Part shown: in pieces, positions 39,575-52,455 of the stretch | How positions within the stretch are numbered: position 1 is the stretch's first letter | Layout of the letters: each line of letters begins with the position of its first letter | NCBI RefSeq assembly: GCF_018350175.1 | Contig: NC_058368.1 | Span: forward strand, 191,272,001-191,336,000 | From: Felis catus | Lineage: Eukaryota | Reading direction: 5' to 3' | DNA: 64,000 nucleotides | Program-made: the position numbers and the translations under genes | The notes under the pieces: model-generated | Databases searched by the model: none | Seen by the model: only the letters and a program-made list of their open reading frames with translations | What the model was told of the DNA's origin: nothing

Positions 39575-41062
39575 GCATCACAATCCCAGACTTTAGCCTC
39601 TACTACAAAGCTCTAATCATCAAGACAGCATGGTATTGGCACAAAAACAGACACATAGACCAATGGAATAGAATAGAAACCCCACAATTAGACCCACAAA
39701 AGTATGGCCAACTAATCTTTGACAAAGCAGGAAAGAATATCCAATGGAAAAGAGACAGTCCCTTTAACAAATGGTGCTGGGAGAACTGGACAGCAACATG
39801 CAGAAGAATGAAACTAGACCACTTTCTCACACCATACACAAAAATAAACTCAAAATAGATGAAGGACCTAAATGTGAGACAGGAAACCATCAAAACCCTA
39901 GAGGAGAAAGCAGCAAAAAACCTCTCTGACATCAGCTGCAGCAATTTCTTACTTGACACATCCCCAAAGGCAAGGGAATTAGAAGCAAAATGAACTATTG
40001 GAACCTCATGAAGATAAAAAGCTTCTGCACTGCAAAGGAAACAATCAACAAAACTAAAAGGCAACCAACGGAATGGGAAAAGATGTTTGCAAATGACATA
40101 TCGGACAAAGGGCTAGTATCCAAAATCTATAAAGAACTCAACAAACTCCACACCCAAAAAACAAATAATCCAGTGAAGAAATGGGAAGAAAACATGAATA
40201 GACACTTCTCTAAAGAAGACATCCAGATGGCCAACAGGCACATGAGAAGATGCTCAACATCACTCCTCATCAGGGAAATACAAATCAAAACCACACTGAG
40301 ATACCACCTCACGCCAGTCAGAGTGGCCAAAATGAACAAATCAGGAGACTATAGATGCTGGCGAGGATGTGGAGAAAGGGGAACCCTTTTGCACTGTCGG
40401 TGGGAATGCAAACTGGTGCAGCCACTCTGGAAAACAGTGTGGAGGTTCCTCAAAAAATTAAAAATAGATCTACCCTATGATCCAGCAATAGCACTGCTAG
40501 GAATTTACCCAAGGGATACAGGAGTGCTGATGCATAGGGGCACTTGTACCCCAATGTTTATAGCAGCACTTTCAACAATAGCCAAATTATGGAAAGAGCC
40601 TAAATGTCCATCAACTGATGAATGGATAAAGAAACTGTGGTTTATATATACAATGGAATACTACATGGCAATGAGAAAGAATGAAATATGGCCTTTTGTA
40701 GCAATGTGGATGGAACTGGAGAGTGTGATGCTAAGTGAAATAAGTCATACAGAGAAAGACAGATACCATATGTTATCACTCTTATGTGGATCCTGAGAAA
40801 CTTAACAGAAGACCATGGGGGAGAGGAAGGAAAAAAAAAAAAAGAGGTTAGAGGGAGAAAGCCAAAACATAAGAGACTCTTAAAAACTGAGAACAAACTG
40901 AGGGTTGATGGGGGGTGGGAGGGAGGGTAGGGCGGGTGATGGGCATTGAGGAGGGCACCTGTTGGGATGAGCACCAGGTGTTGTATGGAAACCAATTTGA
41001 CAATAAATTTCATATTAAAAAAAAAACAAAAAAAAAAGAATAAAATAAATAAAAAATAAATA
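39575..41062 (+). mobile_element. Relatively young 5'-truncated felid LINE-1 (ORF2 C-terminal part, 3' UTR, poly-A)
   Basis: [34 protein letters not shown] then the 268-aa ORF 39990-40796 with the C-terminal Cys-rich region; TAG at 39856-39858 and a -1 frameshift near 39990; TSD taaattt(c/t)tg(t/c)gaattta. Confidence 0.97.
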
Positions 41063-41079
41063 AATTTTTGCGAATTTAA

Positions 41080-44000
41080 CAATGAAAAATTGTATCACTC
41101 TTGGTTAAACTTTTATAGGCCATAACATATATTTTTTGATTTTTTATTTGTCCTTATTTTTATTTACGGTATTTCTTTTACATATAGCAATCTCTCATTT
41201 CTATATCATATTAACATTTTCCTTAATTGTTTTATCATTTGTCTTTATTTTTTAAAAGGCACTGCTCATTCTTAAATTAGATAGTTATTCTTTGGCATTT
41301 TTCTTCCATTGCATGTGTGTGGGTTTTTATTTGTTTCTGCTTATTTGTACCTCATGCATGTTTTGTTTATTTTTGAGATAAAGATTGAATTTGATTTTTT
41401 TTCTCAAACTGTTATAAAGTTGTTCCAGCATTAACTTATTAGAAATATGAGTCCTTTGCCAAGAGATAGAAATTCCAACTTTAACATATGTATTTCTAGT
41501 GTCTCTTTTGGGGCCTTTAGATCTCTTTCTTTGATCTATTCATCAATCCTTAGACTAGCATAAGACTAATATTTTAGAACTTTCTAATGAGATTCAATAC
41601 TGGTAGAGTATGACTCTCCTTGTTACTCTATTCTTTCAAAGGTTCCTTGGCTTTTCTTACTATTTATTTCTTCCAGTGAAATATAGAATCTTTTCTTTTA
41701 TTTGAAATCATTTTAAATCTCTAGAAACTTACAAGAATAATACAAAGAAGTATATATAAGATTTAATTTTCTTTAGCATTTCCCATATTTACCCTATTAT
41801 CCACATGTATGTATTTATTTTTTTCATTTGAGAAAATGATGTATTTTTATTATTTATAATTTTTACTTAAGGTAGACTGTATATGTCAAAACTTAATATT
41901 TCAGTGTTTCCTTTCTAAGAATGAGGATATTCTTTTATAATCATAGTAAATAATTTATCAACTTCAAGAAATTAATACACAATGTTTTTATCTAATCTAC
42001 AGTCCATATTCAGATTTGTCCCAATTTGCCCAATATTATCCCAATAATTTCCTTTATGGCATTTTTTTCCCTCCAGTAGAGAATCTAGTCTGGATCGTTA
42101 CATTTGTCCTGTCTGCTTAGTCTCCTTCAGCCTAGGACAATTTCTCAACCTTTCTTTGGCTTTCACGATATTGACATTTTTTAACAAGTAAAGATCAGTT
42201 ACTTTCTATAGTGTTCTACATTTGGGGTTTGAAGATGGTCTCTCATAAGAAAGATTCATGTCACATTTCAAGTCAGAATACTATGTAAGTAATGTGTGCT
42301 TTCCAGCACACCACATCGGGGGCACATGATGTGTACCTGACCTTCAATGGATAATGTTTATTGTGGCACCAGTCAGGGTAATGTCCATTTCTCTACTACG
42401 TATTCTACTTTTTCCCTTGCAACTAAGAAGCATTCTTCAAGGAGACACTTCAAAACCTCTATCTTTGATAGTTATGGTATGAACCAACCCTCACTTGGTT
42501 GCAAAGTGGTGGTTTTTTAACTCCCTCTTCTCCATATTTATTAGCTGGTACTCTAACATAAGGGTGAGCCCTGACTTTTTCTCTTACTTATTGATTGATT
42601 TACCCATTTATTTTCAATATGGACCCATGGATTCTTATTTATTCTGTAGATTAAAATATCTTAGTGATCTTAACCATGTTGACACTAAATTTGTCCCAGA
42701 TTCACCCAGTTGGGATCAGTTGGAGGTGATTCTTGTGTCTTTTTGTTATGTCTCTGTCACCCTTTGAGTGTGTATTTTTTCTTAATGAGGTAGATTTGTA
42801 TATGGTGATTGTTAAAAACCTTCATGATACATTGCTAAGTGAAAGAAAGCAAGGTATGGAAAAAATATATATATATATAGTATTCTACCATTGTGAAGAA
42901 AATGGAAAAAATAATATATATATTTGCTTATTTCTTCAAAAGGATTTTCTGTATAATCCCCAAGAATATAGAAAGTGGCTACCCACAGGTGGCAGACAAA
43001 ATAACCACTGAAGACAAAGGTGGTGGTGGTGAGATTTTTATACTGTATCTGTATTGTAAAATTATTTTCAACCATATGAATGTCTTAACTTCTAGAAAAA
43101 AAACATAAATTACACTTGTGAAAGCATATATATTCTATTCTGTAATAGTTAATTGTCCAGTCAAGTACTTCATAATAAAGTTTTGTACTATAGGCTGATC
43201 CCAGAAATTGGGAAAATGTAGAATTTATCTTATTAAAAGTATATGGGTATTCACATAAGTTACGGGGTTAAAAGATACAGCTTAAGAAATACAATCAATG
43301 GTATTATAATAGCATCGTATGGTATCAGATGGTAATTACACTTGTGAAAAAAATATGTATGGGTAATCTTCACTGAAAAACAAGTAGTTAATGATACTGG
43401 TACTATAGAAAGAGATATGTAATCCTACCTAGTTTGGGATAAAAAAGTTGATTAAATTTTATTTCTTTATTTCCATGAATTTTTTTTGTAATCAGAGCAT
43501 GTAATTTCTCACATTCTACATTAACCAGATGTTCCAGCTCTGGAATTAGATGTTTCTTCAAAGAGCACTCTGGTTCTTTTCGTGGGGAATGGTATTTAAC
43601 AAAAAAATCTGTCTTCTAGGTGGTTCTAGGGCATTATTGGTTCCAAGCCTATTCAAAACCAATTCAGTCCCAAAGGTTTCTTGCTTCAACAAATCACTGA
43701 CGTCTTTTGGTACAATAAACTGATTTTTGAAACAAAAAGGGAAACTAATAACACTTTCATATTTCAGTATTGTAATCTCCCTTCTTTCACGGTGAGAATC
43801 CTGATCCCATCGTTAACACATTCACTCATTTGCCCAGTTCTACAACCCATGTATAAAAGTTTCACCATACCTCTCTAAAAACCAAACTGTCTAAAAAGAG
43901 TTCAAGATTTGATATTAGTTCTTTTTTTTCACTAGACTGAAGATATATGTCAAAATACTGTGTTTAAAAGTTACCTGGATTTGTTTTCTTTCCTTCCTTT

Positions 44001-45200
44001 TCTGTTGTTATTCATTTATTTTTTTTTTTTATTTTTTTTCAACGTTTATTTATTTTTGGGACAGAGAGAGACAAAGCATGAACTGGGGAGGGGCAGAGAG
44101 AGAGGGAGACACAGAATCGGAAACAGGCTCCAGGCTCTGAGCCATCAGCCCAGAGCCTGACGCAGGGCTTGAACTCCCGGACCGCGAGATTGTGACCTGG
44201 CTGAAGTCGGACGCTTAACCGACTGCGCCACCCAGGCGCCCCAGTTGTTATTCATTTAAAATGCAGTTGGGGTTCATTTATTTCTGTCTATATTTAGTTT
44301 TATTGTCTTATTTCTATTCTTGCTGCTTTAATTTTATTGTTTTCATATGTAGAATATTACCATGATTCTAAAAGTCAAAACTACCAGGAAAGGGTCTCTC
44401 CATCTGTTATCTCTCGTTATCTGTAGCCTCTCCCCCATCCTGGATTGGTAACCAGTTTGACTGGTTTCTGATTTATTTTTCCTCTATTTTTTTTTTTGAA
44501 AAATAAGCAGACGTACATATGTTTTCTTATTTTCCTTTGTTTATTACACAAAGGTAGCCTATTATTTATAATCTCTTTTACTTTGCTCTGTTTGCTGAAA
44601 TACATCTTGATAATTATTCTTTATCAGTGCACAGAGACCTTCCTTCGTCTTCCTTTTGGGTACTGTGTTCCCCTTTTGTATATATACTATAGTTGATTCA
44701 ACTAATCACCTATATGGGCACTTAAGATTATTATCAATATTTTGTAGTTACGCATGCTGTTGTAGTGAATGACCTTGACCTTGTAAATATATGCTTTCGT
44801 ATGGTTGGAAGAGGTTCGTTCAGGTATATTTTCAGATATGTGATTGGTGTATCAAATAATAAAAGCATGTAGAGGTTATAATACATGTGCACATTCTCTT
44901 CTGTTGGGGTGGTACCTTCAAGGTTCCACCATCAGTCTATGAGAGTGAATATTTTCCCATGGCCTTACCAACACACTATATGGTTACACTTGGAATCTTT
45001 GAATTATGGTTGAGAAGTTTGCATTTCTCTTACTTAAAAGTGAAATTGAAATCTTTTCATATGTTTAAAAATCATTTTGAATTCTTTTGTAAAATATCTT
45101 TTGCCTTTTCTATAAAATATTTGTTTTTTCATTTCCTCATCTTTTCTTTCATAAGTTTAGTTGAGAGATAACCTAATTTTCCAATAAAAAAGAAATATTC
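41080..45200. mobile_element. Patchwork of old, highly decayed L1M fragments, mostly minus strand
   Basis: T-rich stretches with L1-like phrases (gttccagcatt, ttcccatggccttaccaacac); boundaries not resolvable by eye. Confidence 0.5.
44015..44242 (-). mobile_element. CAN-SINE, young SINEC_Fc type
   Basis: gactgcgccacccaggcgcccc; TSD gttgttattcattta. Confidence 0.97.
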
Positions 45201-45229
45201 TCTATTTTTTTCCCAAATGAACACTGACA

Positions 45230-45446
45230 CTTTATTTTTTTTTATGTTTTATTTAGTTTTGAGAGGGAGAGAGACAGAGCACAAGTGGGGGAGGGTCTGA
45301 GAGAGAGGGAGACACAGAATCCGAAGCAGGCTCCAGGCTCTGAGCTGTCAGCACAGAGCCCGATGCGGGGCTTGAACTCACGAACTGTGAGATCATGACC
45401 TGAGCTGAAGTCAGACGCTTAACTGACTGAGCCACCCAGGCTCCCC
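45230..45446 (-). mobile_element. CAN-SINE
   Basis: Approximate TSD gaac(a/g)ctgacacttta. Confidence 0.96.
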
Positions 45447-45508
45447 AGAACGCTGACACTTTAAATAAATATTAGTATTTCCTCGATGTTTGAAAATTAC
45501 ACATGTTA

Positions 45509-45755
45509 GGGGTGCCTCGGTGGCTCAGTTAGTTAAGCTCCCAGTTCTTAATTTTGGCTCAGGTCATGTCATGGCTTGTGAGATAGAGCCCAGACTCCAG
45601 CTTGGGATCCTCTCTCCCTCCTCTCTCTCTCTGCCCCTCTCCCCAGCAGCCTATGTCTGCGTGAACTTGCATGCACTGTCTCTCTCTCTCTCTCTCTCTC
45701 TCTCACAAAATAAATAAATAAATAAATAAACAAACAAACAAACAAACAAACAAAA
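45509..45755 (+). mobile_element. CAN-SINE, older, (AAAT)n(AAAC)n tail
   Basis: ggggtgcctcggtggctcag head; (CT)n. Confidence 0.92.
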
Positions 45756-45849
45756 TTGGTAAAAAATAGTAATAGGAGTATTATTGCAAATACTTTCTCC
45801 TAATTTTTCATTTGCGTTTTGACTTTGTTTATATTTTTTCTTGCATGAG

Positions 45850-46765
45850 AAAACTTCTTCCCCAGCTTTACTGAGGTGTAATTGACACATGAAAATTTTA
45901 TTATTTTTAGTGTACTCAGATGCCCCAATCTCTCTTTTTTTTACTGAGGTAGAGTTGACATGCAATGTTACATCAGTTCAGGTGTGCAACACAGTGCATG
46001 GACGACTCTATATGTTATGCTGTGCTCACTATACGTGTCGCTACCGTCTGTCACGATTTCACATTATTATAATATCATGGACCATATACCCTATATTGTA
46101 CCTTTCATTCCATGGCTTCGACATCCCAAAACTGAAAGCCTGTATAGGCTTCCCCTTTACGCATTTTGCCAGTCTCCCTATCCCTCTTCTGCTTACCACC
46201 AGTTCTCTGTGTTCATGGGTCTGTTTCTACCTTTTGTTGGCTCATTTGTGTTGTTCTTTAGATTCCACATGTAAGTGAATTTATATTTGTCTTTCTCAGT
46301 CTGACTTATTGCACCCACTCTGGGTCCATCATATTGTTGGCAATGGCAAGATCTCGTTTTTTTTTTTTTTTTTTTTTTTTATGGCTGAGTAATAATCCAG
46401 TGTGTGTGCGTGTGTGTGTCTCAAGGTACCTTCGATTGCTTCCATATCTTGACTATTGTAAATATTGCTGTGATAAACATAGGGGTGCAGATACCTTTTC
46501 AAATTAATGTTTTTCTTTTCTTTGGGTAAATACTCAGTAGCAGAATTACTGGATCACATAGTATTCCTATTTTTGATCTTTTGAGGAACCTCCACACTGT
46601 TTTCCACAGTGGCTGCACCAATTTACATTCCCACCAACACTACACTAGGGTTGCTTTTTCTCTGCATCCTCACCAACACTTGTTGCTTCTTATGTTGTTG
46701 ATTTTAGCCATTGTGACAGGTGTAAGGTGATATTTCATTTTGGTTCTGATTTGTATTTACCTAGT
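45850..46765 (-). mobile_element. Carnivore L1 3' fragment
   Basis: ttttgaggaacctccacactgttttccacagtggctgcacc; ttagattccacatgtaagtg. Confidence 0.92.
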
Positions 46766-47306
46766 AAATGTTGGGTGCAAAGCTAACATTTAAAGATTTT
46801 GAAATTCTTTATCCTCAAGAAGGCTGGGATATGTATAATATTGCTTCTCATAGGAAGTTCCCTTTTTATGGATGTAACTTGTACCCAGCCAAAAGGATCA
46901 CTTCTCCAGAGCGTGCACAGAACAGGAAGAAAGGGACAAGTAGGGTTCCAAGAGGTCTATTTCCTGCCGATTCAGTTTGCTTTTTATAATGACAGAACTA
47001 GTCTGATCTTAATTTGAAAGTAGCATCCAACCCAAATGAGGGGAAAAAAACTCACATATTTCATGGGAAGATGATAAAAATTAAAATTCAAAGGCATGTG
47101 CCAATTTGAAAGGAGTCTCTGAGGGCTTTGAAGGTTCAACTACAAGGGAGGTGGAGGAGTGATACAACAATGTCCATGTTAATATACAGACAGAAATGAG
47201 GAGAGGCAAAAATGAGAGAAAGTTGGATGTCTCATCCCCCAACCTTGTCCAAAAGCATGCCTCTGTACAGTTCAGAATACAATCCCCTTTTGAAAAGGAA
47301 AATTAA

Positions 47307-47540
47307 GGGGTGTGTGGGTGGCTCGGTTAAGCGGCCAACTTCAGTTCAGGTCATGATCTCGCGGTCCATGAGTTCGAGCCCAGTCTGTGAGTTTGAGCCC
47401 CACATGAGGCTCTGTGCTGACAGCTTGGAGCCTGGGGGCTGCTTTGGATTCTGTGTCTCCCTCTCTCTCTGCCCCTCCCCTGCTTATGCTCACTCTGGCT
47501 CTCGCTCTCTCTCAAAAATAAGTAACATTAAGAAAAAAAA
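47307..47540 (+). mobile_element. CAN-SINE with duplicated B-box segment
   Basis: gagttcgagccc...gagtttgagccc; approximate TSD tgaaa(a/g)ggaaa(a/c)tta. Confidence 0.94.
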
Positions 47541-48184
47541 TGAAAGGGAAACTTAACATGATAGGAAAAAACCTCCTTATGGAGCGGACTGAAAGTGATG
47601 CCAGTCACAGGTTTTCCAGGCCCCAGCCACCAAGTAATGGCAGGTATAGAACAATGTGCAACTCCTACTGAATCCCAACAATATACTACCTCATGGTTAG
47701 CAGTATTTTTGGTCCTGAAATCCAGAAGTTGTTTTGGGGTTCAGAATATAAAAGTATGAGTCAGAGAAGCCTGCAAAGTGTTTTTGACTTTAGCCACATT
47801 TACAATAGTCACACCGACCACATACATGGCGCTGCAAAATGATGGGCACTTTGCTTCAACACGGGCAGGCTTCCTCGAGTGTATGCTACTCCTGTGACGA
47901 CTGAGCCATCCAAGAACAATCGGTCAGTTTGTTCATTCACAGACTCAAACACAGACTCTGCCATGTGACAAAAGTATTTAGGTCCAGTGATTCTCAGATA
48001 GGCCATCTGGATCATCAGGAAATCCTACGGCAAGGGATGTATAGAAAGATACTGGTTCCCCTCAGTACAGATGAGACAAGCTCTAATTTTCAGAACAATG
48101 TTCTTCTATATCAAGAGAAAACCAAATTATTAATGATAATAATAATAATAATAGCAGCAAAATGTGGATTTAAAAAAGAACGTT

Positions 48185-48337
48185 TTGGCATGGTGATTAT
48201 ATCTAATAATACTGCCTTATACACTCAAATGGTGCTAAGAGAGTAGATCTTAAATATTTTCACTTCCAAAAAGAAATGATAATTATGTGATGAGATGGAA
48301 GGAAGAGGTAACTAATGTTACAGTGGTAATCATGCTG

Positions 48338-48386
<49 letters not shown>

Positions 48387-48550
48387 TACACACACATATA
48401 TAAGTAAAATAAATATAATATTTATTTTATACAATAAATAAAATTACATATAGATGTATATATATAAAATCAACGTGTGGTATACCTTAAACTTACAGAA
48501 TGTTATATGTCAATTATATCTCAATAAAGCTGACAAAAATAAATAAAAAC
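48185..48550 (+). mobile_element. L1MA-like 3' terminus with (TA)n(CA)n
   Basis: gctaagagagtagatcttaaa...tataccttaaacttacagaatgttatatgtcaattatatctcaataaagct. Confidence 0.85.
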
Positions 48551-48599
48551 AGAACTTTCAGATTATCCCATACCTAAAATGCCTCTGAGGACCACTGAC

Positions 48600-49075
48600 C
48601 ACATTTATTTTCAATCTTCCTTAAAATTTGTACCTGGCTCTCTTTGCCCCCCATGCCCAGTTCGGCCCCGCCTGCCTGTCAGCCTCATGCCCCTTTCCTC
48701 TAGCAACACAGGCCTCCTTTTACTTCTCCCAAAGCACTAAGCTCTTTCAAATCGTAAGGCTTTGCTCGTTCTGGAACCTCTTCTTTCATCCATGATCCAG
48801 TCGACTGTTCCCTTTCTTCAGGTCTTGGCTGGGGGCAGACTCTTTCTGACCTCAGAGATTATGTCATCCTCTCACTGTGCTATGTTGTCATCAGGCCCTG
48901 CATTTCCTTTTTATCCATCTTGTATTGTTATGGGAATAATTATTTGTGGAATCTTCTGTCCTCCAACAAACCCTGAACTCCAAAATGGCAGATGCCATGG
49001 CTTATGACGTACTCATCCCAGCACTGGAAAGAGCACCTAGCCTCCTAGTAGATGCTCAGTAAATATGGAAAGCAA
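48600..49075 (+). mobile_element. L2 3' relic
   Basis: ggcctccttttacttctcccaaagcact...tagtagatgctcagtaaata. Confidence 0.6.
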
Positions 49076-49319
49076 ACATGAAAATCACTTCTTCTTGTGC
49101 CACAGCACTTATTTTCCACACTGAGTTCAAATTCTATCTTCTCTGGAAAACTTTTATTAACAATCCCCTATGTAAAACCTCAAGCCCTCTAGGTTGAGGC
49201 CATAAGTACAAGAAAAGAATGTAATACATCTATTTAAGGGCAGTGCCTGCCATAATCCCTGACATCTTGGTAAGAGCTCAATAGATGTCTGGTATACCTA
49301 ACACAGTAGTTTCGACTGT

Positions 49320-49483
49320 TTTCAATTGAAGAACAAGGGACATACAATATTTGTATTCGTTTCAGGTATATAACATAGTGATTCAACATTTACATACATT
49401 ATAAAATGTTCACCACAATAATCCAGTTTCCGTCTGTCACCACGTGAACTTGTTATAATATTACTAACTACATTCTCTATGCT
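49320..49483 (-). mobile_element. Short L1 3' terminal fragment
   Basis: gtttcaggtatataacatagtgattcaac...cgtctgtcaccac. Confidence 0.8.
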
Positions 49484-49546
49484 GGAGATAATGAGGAAAC
49501 AAGACTGATATTTTAACATAAACACGTAAAGTGTCAAAAGTCAAAA

Positions 49547-50186
49547 CCATCAAACTAAAAAGCTTTTACACAGCAAAGGAAACCATAAAGGAAACCAAAA
49601 GACGACCTACGAAATGAAAGAAGATATTTGCAAATGACATTTCCAATAAGGGGTTAATATCCAAAATATATAAAGAACTCCCACAACTCAACACCAAAAA
49701 AATAATAATAATAATCTGTTTTAAAAATGAGATGAGGACTCAGTAGGCATTTTTCCAAAAATGTCCAGATGGCCAACAGTCACATGAAAAGATGCTCGAC
49801 ATCACTCATCATCAGGGAAATGCAAATCAGAACCACAATGGGATATCACCTTACAACTGTCAGAATGGCTAGTATTCAAAACAAAACAAAACAACAGTAA
49901 ATAACAAGTGTTGGCAAGGATGTAGAGAAAAAGGAAGCTTCTTGTACGGTTGGTGGGAATGTAAACTGGTACAGCCACTGTGGAAAATGGTATGAAGATT
50001 CCTCAAAAAGTTAAAAATAGAAATACCATATGATCCAATAATTCCACTACTGGAAATAGTGGGAAAATGAAAACACTAACTCGAAAAGATACACGAACCC
50101 TATGTTTGTTGCAGCATTATTTACAATAGCCAGGACATGGATGAAACCTAAATGTCCATCAACAGATGAATGAATAAAGATGATAT

Positions 50187-50236
<50 letters not shown>

Positions 50237-50716
50237 GGACTATTACCCAGCCATAAAAAAGAATGAAATCTTGCCATTTGTGACAACAAAGATGAACCTA
50301 GAAGGTATTAAGCTAAGTGAAATAAGTGAGATAGACAAAGACCAATACCATATCAATTCATTTTTTTTTGTGGAATCCAAAAAAACCAACCAAACAAAAA
50401 AAACAGAAATAGACTCTTAAATACAGAGAACTGGTAGTTGCCAGAGGGGAGAGGGTTGGGGGATGAGAGAAATCGTTGAAAGTATTAAAAGGTACAAACT
50501 TTCAGTTATAAAATGAGTCATGAGGATGTAACATACAGCATTTGGAATACAGTCAATAATACCATAGTAACTTTGTATGCTGACAGACGGCAACTATACC
50601 TATCGTGGTGAGCACAGCATAATGCACAGAATTGTGGAGTCTATTATGTTTTACACCTGAAACTTATATAATACTGTATGTCAGGTATACTTCATAAATA
50701 AACAAACAAATAAATA
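49547..50716 (+). mobile_element. 5'-truncated carnivore L1 with internal (CA)n
   Basis: caaactaaaaagcttttacacagcaaaggaaacc...ccagatggccaacag; TSD aaagtcaaaa. Confidence 0.94.
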
Positions 50717-50754
50717 AGAAAGTCAAAATAATTGTCTGCCTTGGCTGACAATAT

Positions 50755-50979
50755 ATATTTTTTAATGTTTTATTTATCCTTGACAGAGAGAGAGAGAGAG
50801 AAAGAGAGAGCGCATGAGCGAGGGAGTGGCAGAGTGAGAGAGGGACACAGAATCCAAGCAGGGTCCAGACCCTGAGCTGTCAGCACAGAGCCCGTCTCAG
50901 GGCTCGAACTCACAAGCCGTGAGATCATGACCTAAGCCAAAGTCAGATGCTCAACTGACTGAGCCAGCCAGGCGCCCCC
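50755..50979 (-). mobile_element. CAN-SINE
   Basis: gactgagccagccaggcgcccc; (GA)n. Confidence 0.94.
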
Positions 50980-51747
50980 TTAATATTTTCAATGTATGCA
51001 GCAAGACTGAAAAGCAATGAGGCACATAATCACCTTTTTTTTTTACCACCTTGCAAGTATTTCTAGAATTCTATAACTGTATATAAAAAAAAGTTTCCGA
51101 AGGAAGGTAGACGATAGTTATACATGAAGAGAGAGTCTAAAAGAATGCTTATCATCACACATTGAACATCACCTGTGAAAAATAATCTTTATTCAAAAGA
51201 GTTTCTTTCTAGCTACTGCTTTTTTTTCCCCCTTTAGCATATCATGTAATCTTTTTTAAGCATCTTGATCACACTTCCTGCTCCCTCCTGAGCTGAGGGT
51301 TCCACCCGTGAAACAGCAATCTTCTGTGGCGGCCACCCGCTGCTGGCTGTGAACTCCCTTCAGTGTGATCTCTTTGAGTCTGAATTCACACTCAGGGCCC
51401 TGCACCTCGTTATGCTGTTTCCAAAAAACAGCTTGGTCCTTAAGAGATTAACCTGCCAATCCCAGGAAGATGCCTCATACTCACTTGGCGCAGACGAGCT
51501 GTACAAAGCAGCGAAAGCCTTTCAACAGAACTTTGAAGTATCAAACAATTTATACTTGTGTGTGTTTATGCAGATATATATGGGAATGCAATATATATAT
51601 ATATGGCACTTGCTTGGCTCAGATAATGCTCTAAGGAACATAGTGCTTTTTTGCATTAAGGTAGCACGTTATATCTTCCAAGCCTTTGCACAGATGTTAG
51701 ACAAAGGACAAAGAGAATAATGCCATTGACTTGAGAAGTGACTTAAA

Positions 51748-51922
51748 CTGCTGTTCTCAAAGTGTGGGCCTAGAGGCAGAAACATCAGCATCACCCAGGA
51801 ACTTACTAGAAATGCATATCTCTGGGTCCTAGGCCAGAACTACTAAATCACAAACTTTGGAGTTTCTAAGTTTATAAGTCCTTCATGTGATTCTGAGACA
51901 TTCTCAAGTTTGAGAAGTGCTA
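51748..51922 (+). mobile_element. MER5A-like relic
   Basis: ttctcaaagtgtgggcc...catcagcatcacc...aagtttgagaag. Confidence 0.82.
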
Positions 51923-51949
51923 TCTTGAGAGGGAAGCATAGAAGATTTA

Positions 51950-52455
51950 GTACAGTGGTGGTTAAGAGCGCAGAAAATGCCTAGTAGTGCAATTGCTGGG
52001 TCGTAGGGTAGTTCTATTTTTAGTTTTTTTGAGGAGCCTCCATCCTGTTTTCCAGAGTGGCTGCACCAGCTTGCATTCCCACCAACAGTGCAAAAGAGAT
52101 CCTCTTTCTCCGCAACCTCGCCAACATCTGTCGTTGCCTGAGTTGTTAAGGGTAGCCATTCTGACAGGTGTCAGGTGGTATCTCATTGTGGTTTTGATTT
52201 GTGTCTCCCTGATGATGAGTGATGTTGAGCCTCTTTTCATGTGTCGGTTGGCCATCTGGATGTCTTCCTTGAAAATGGCCACTGAGAGCTGGGGTTGACA
52301 CCTGGCTCCTCTGTTTACTTCAGCAAATTATTCACTGACATTGTCTCAGTTCCCCCATCTTAAAAATGGGAACAATTATTATCACAAAAGGTTGTTGCAA
52401 GAATTAACCGGTAAGATTCATAAAGTGCTTAGTGTAGTGTTCAATAAATGTTACA
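51950..52455 (+). mobile_element. MIR SINE split by an L1 fragment
   Basis: gtggttaagagcgcag ... ctcagttcccccatcttaaaaatggg...aaagtgcttag. Confidence 0.75.
51973..52277 (-). mobile_element. Internal L1 ORF2 fragment without 3' UTR or poly-A
   Basis: [39 protein letters not shown]...CWRGCGE...[14 protein letters not shown]. Confidence 0.93.

Noticed and set aside
39990..40796. 268-aa ORF as a host gene
   Set aside because: It is the C-terminus of L1 ORF2p in a 5'-truncated copy with an upstream stop and frameshift
49320..50716. Oppositely oriented L1 pieces as a twin-priming inversion
   Set aside because: Both contain L1 3' termini, are clearly diverged from each other, and the + copy has its own TSD, so they are independent insertions
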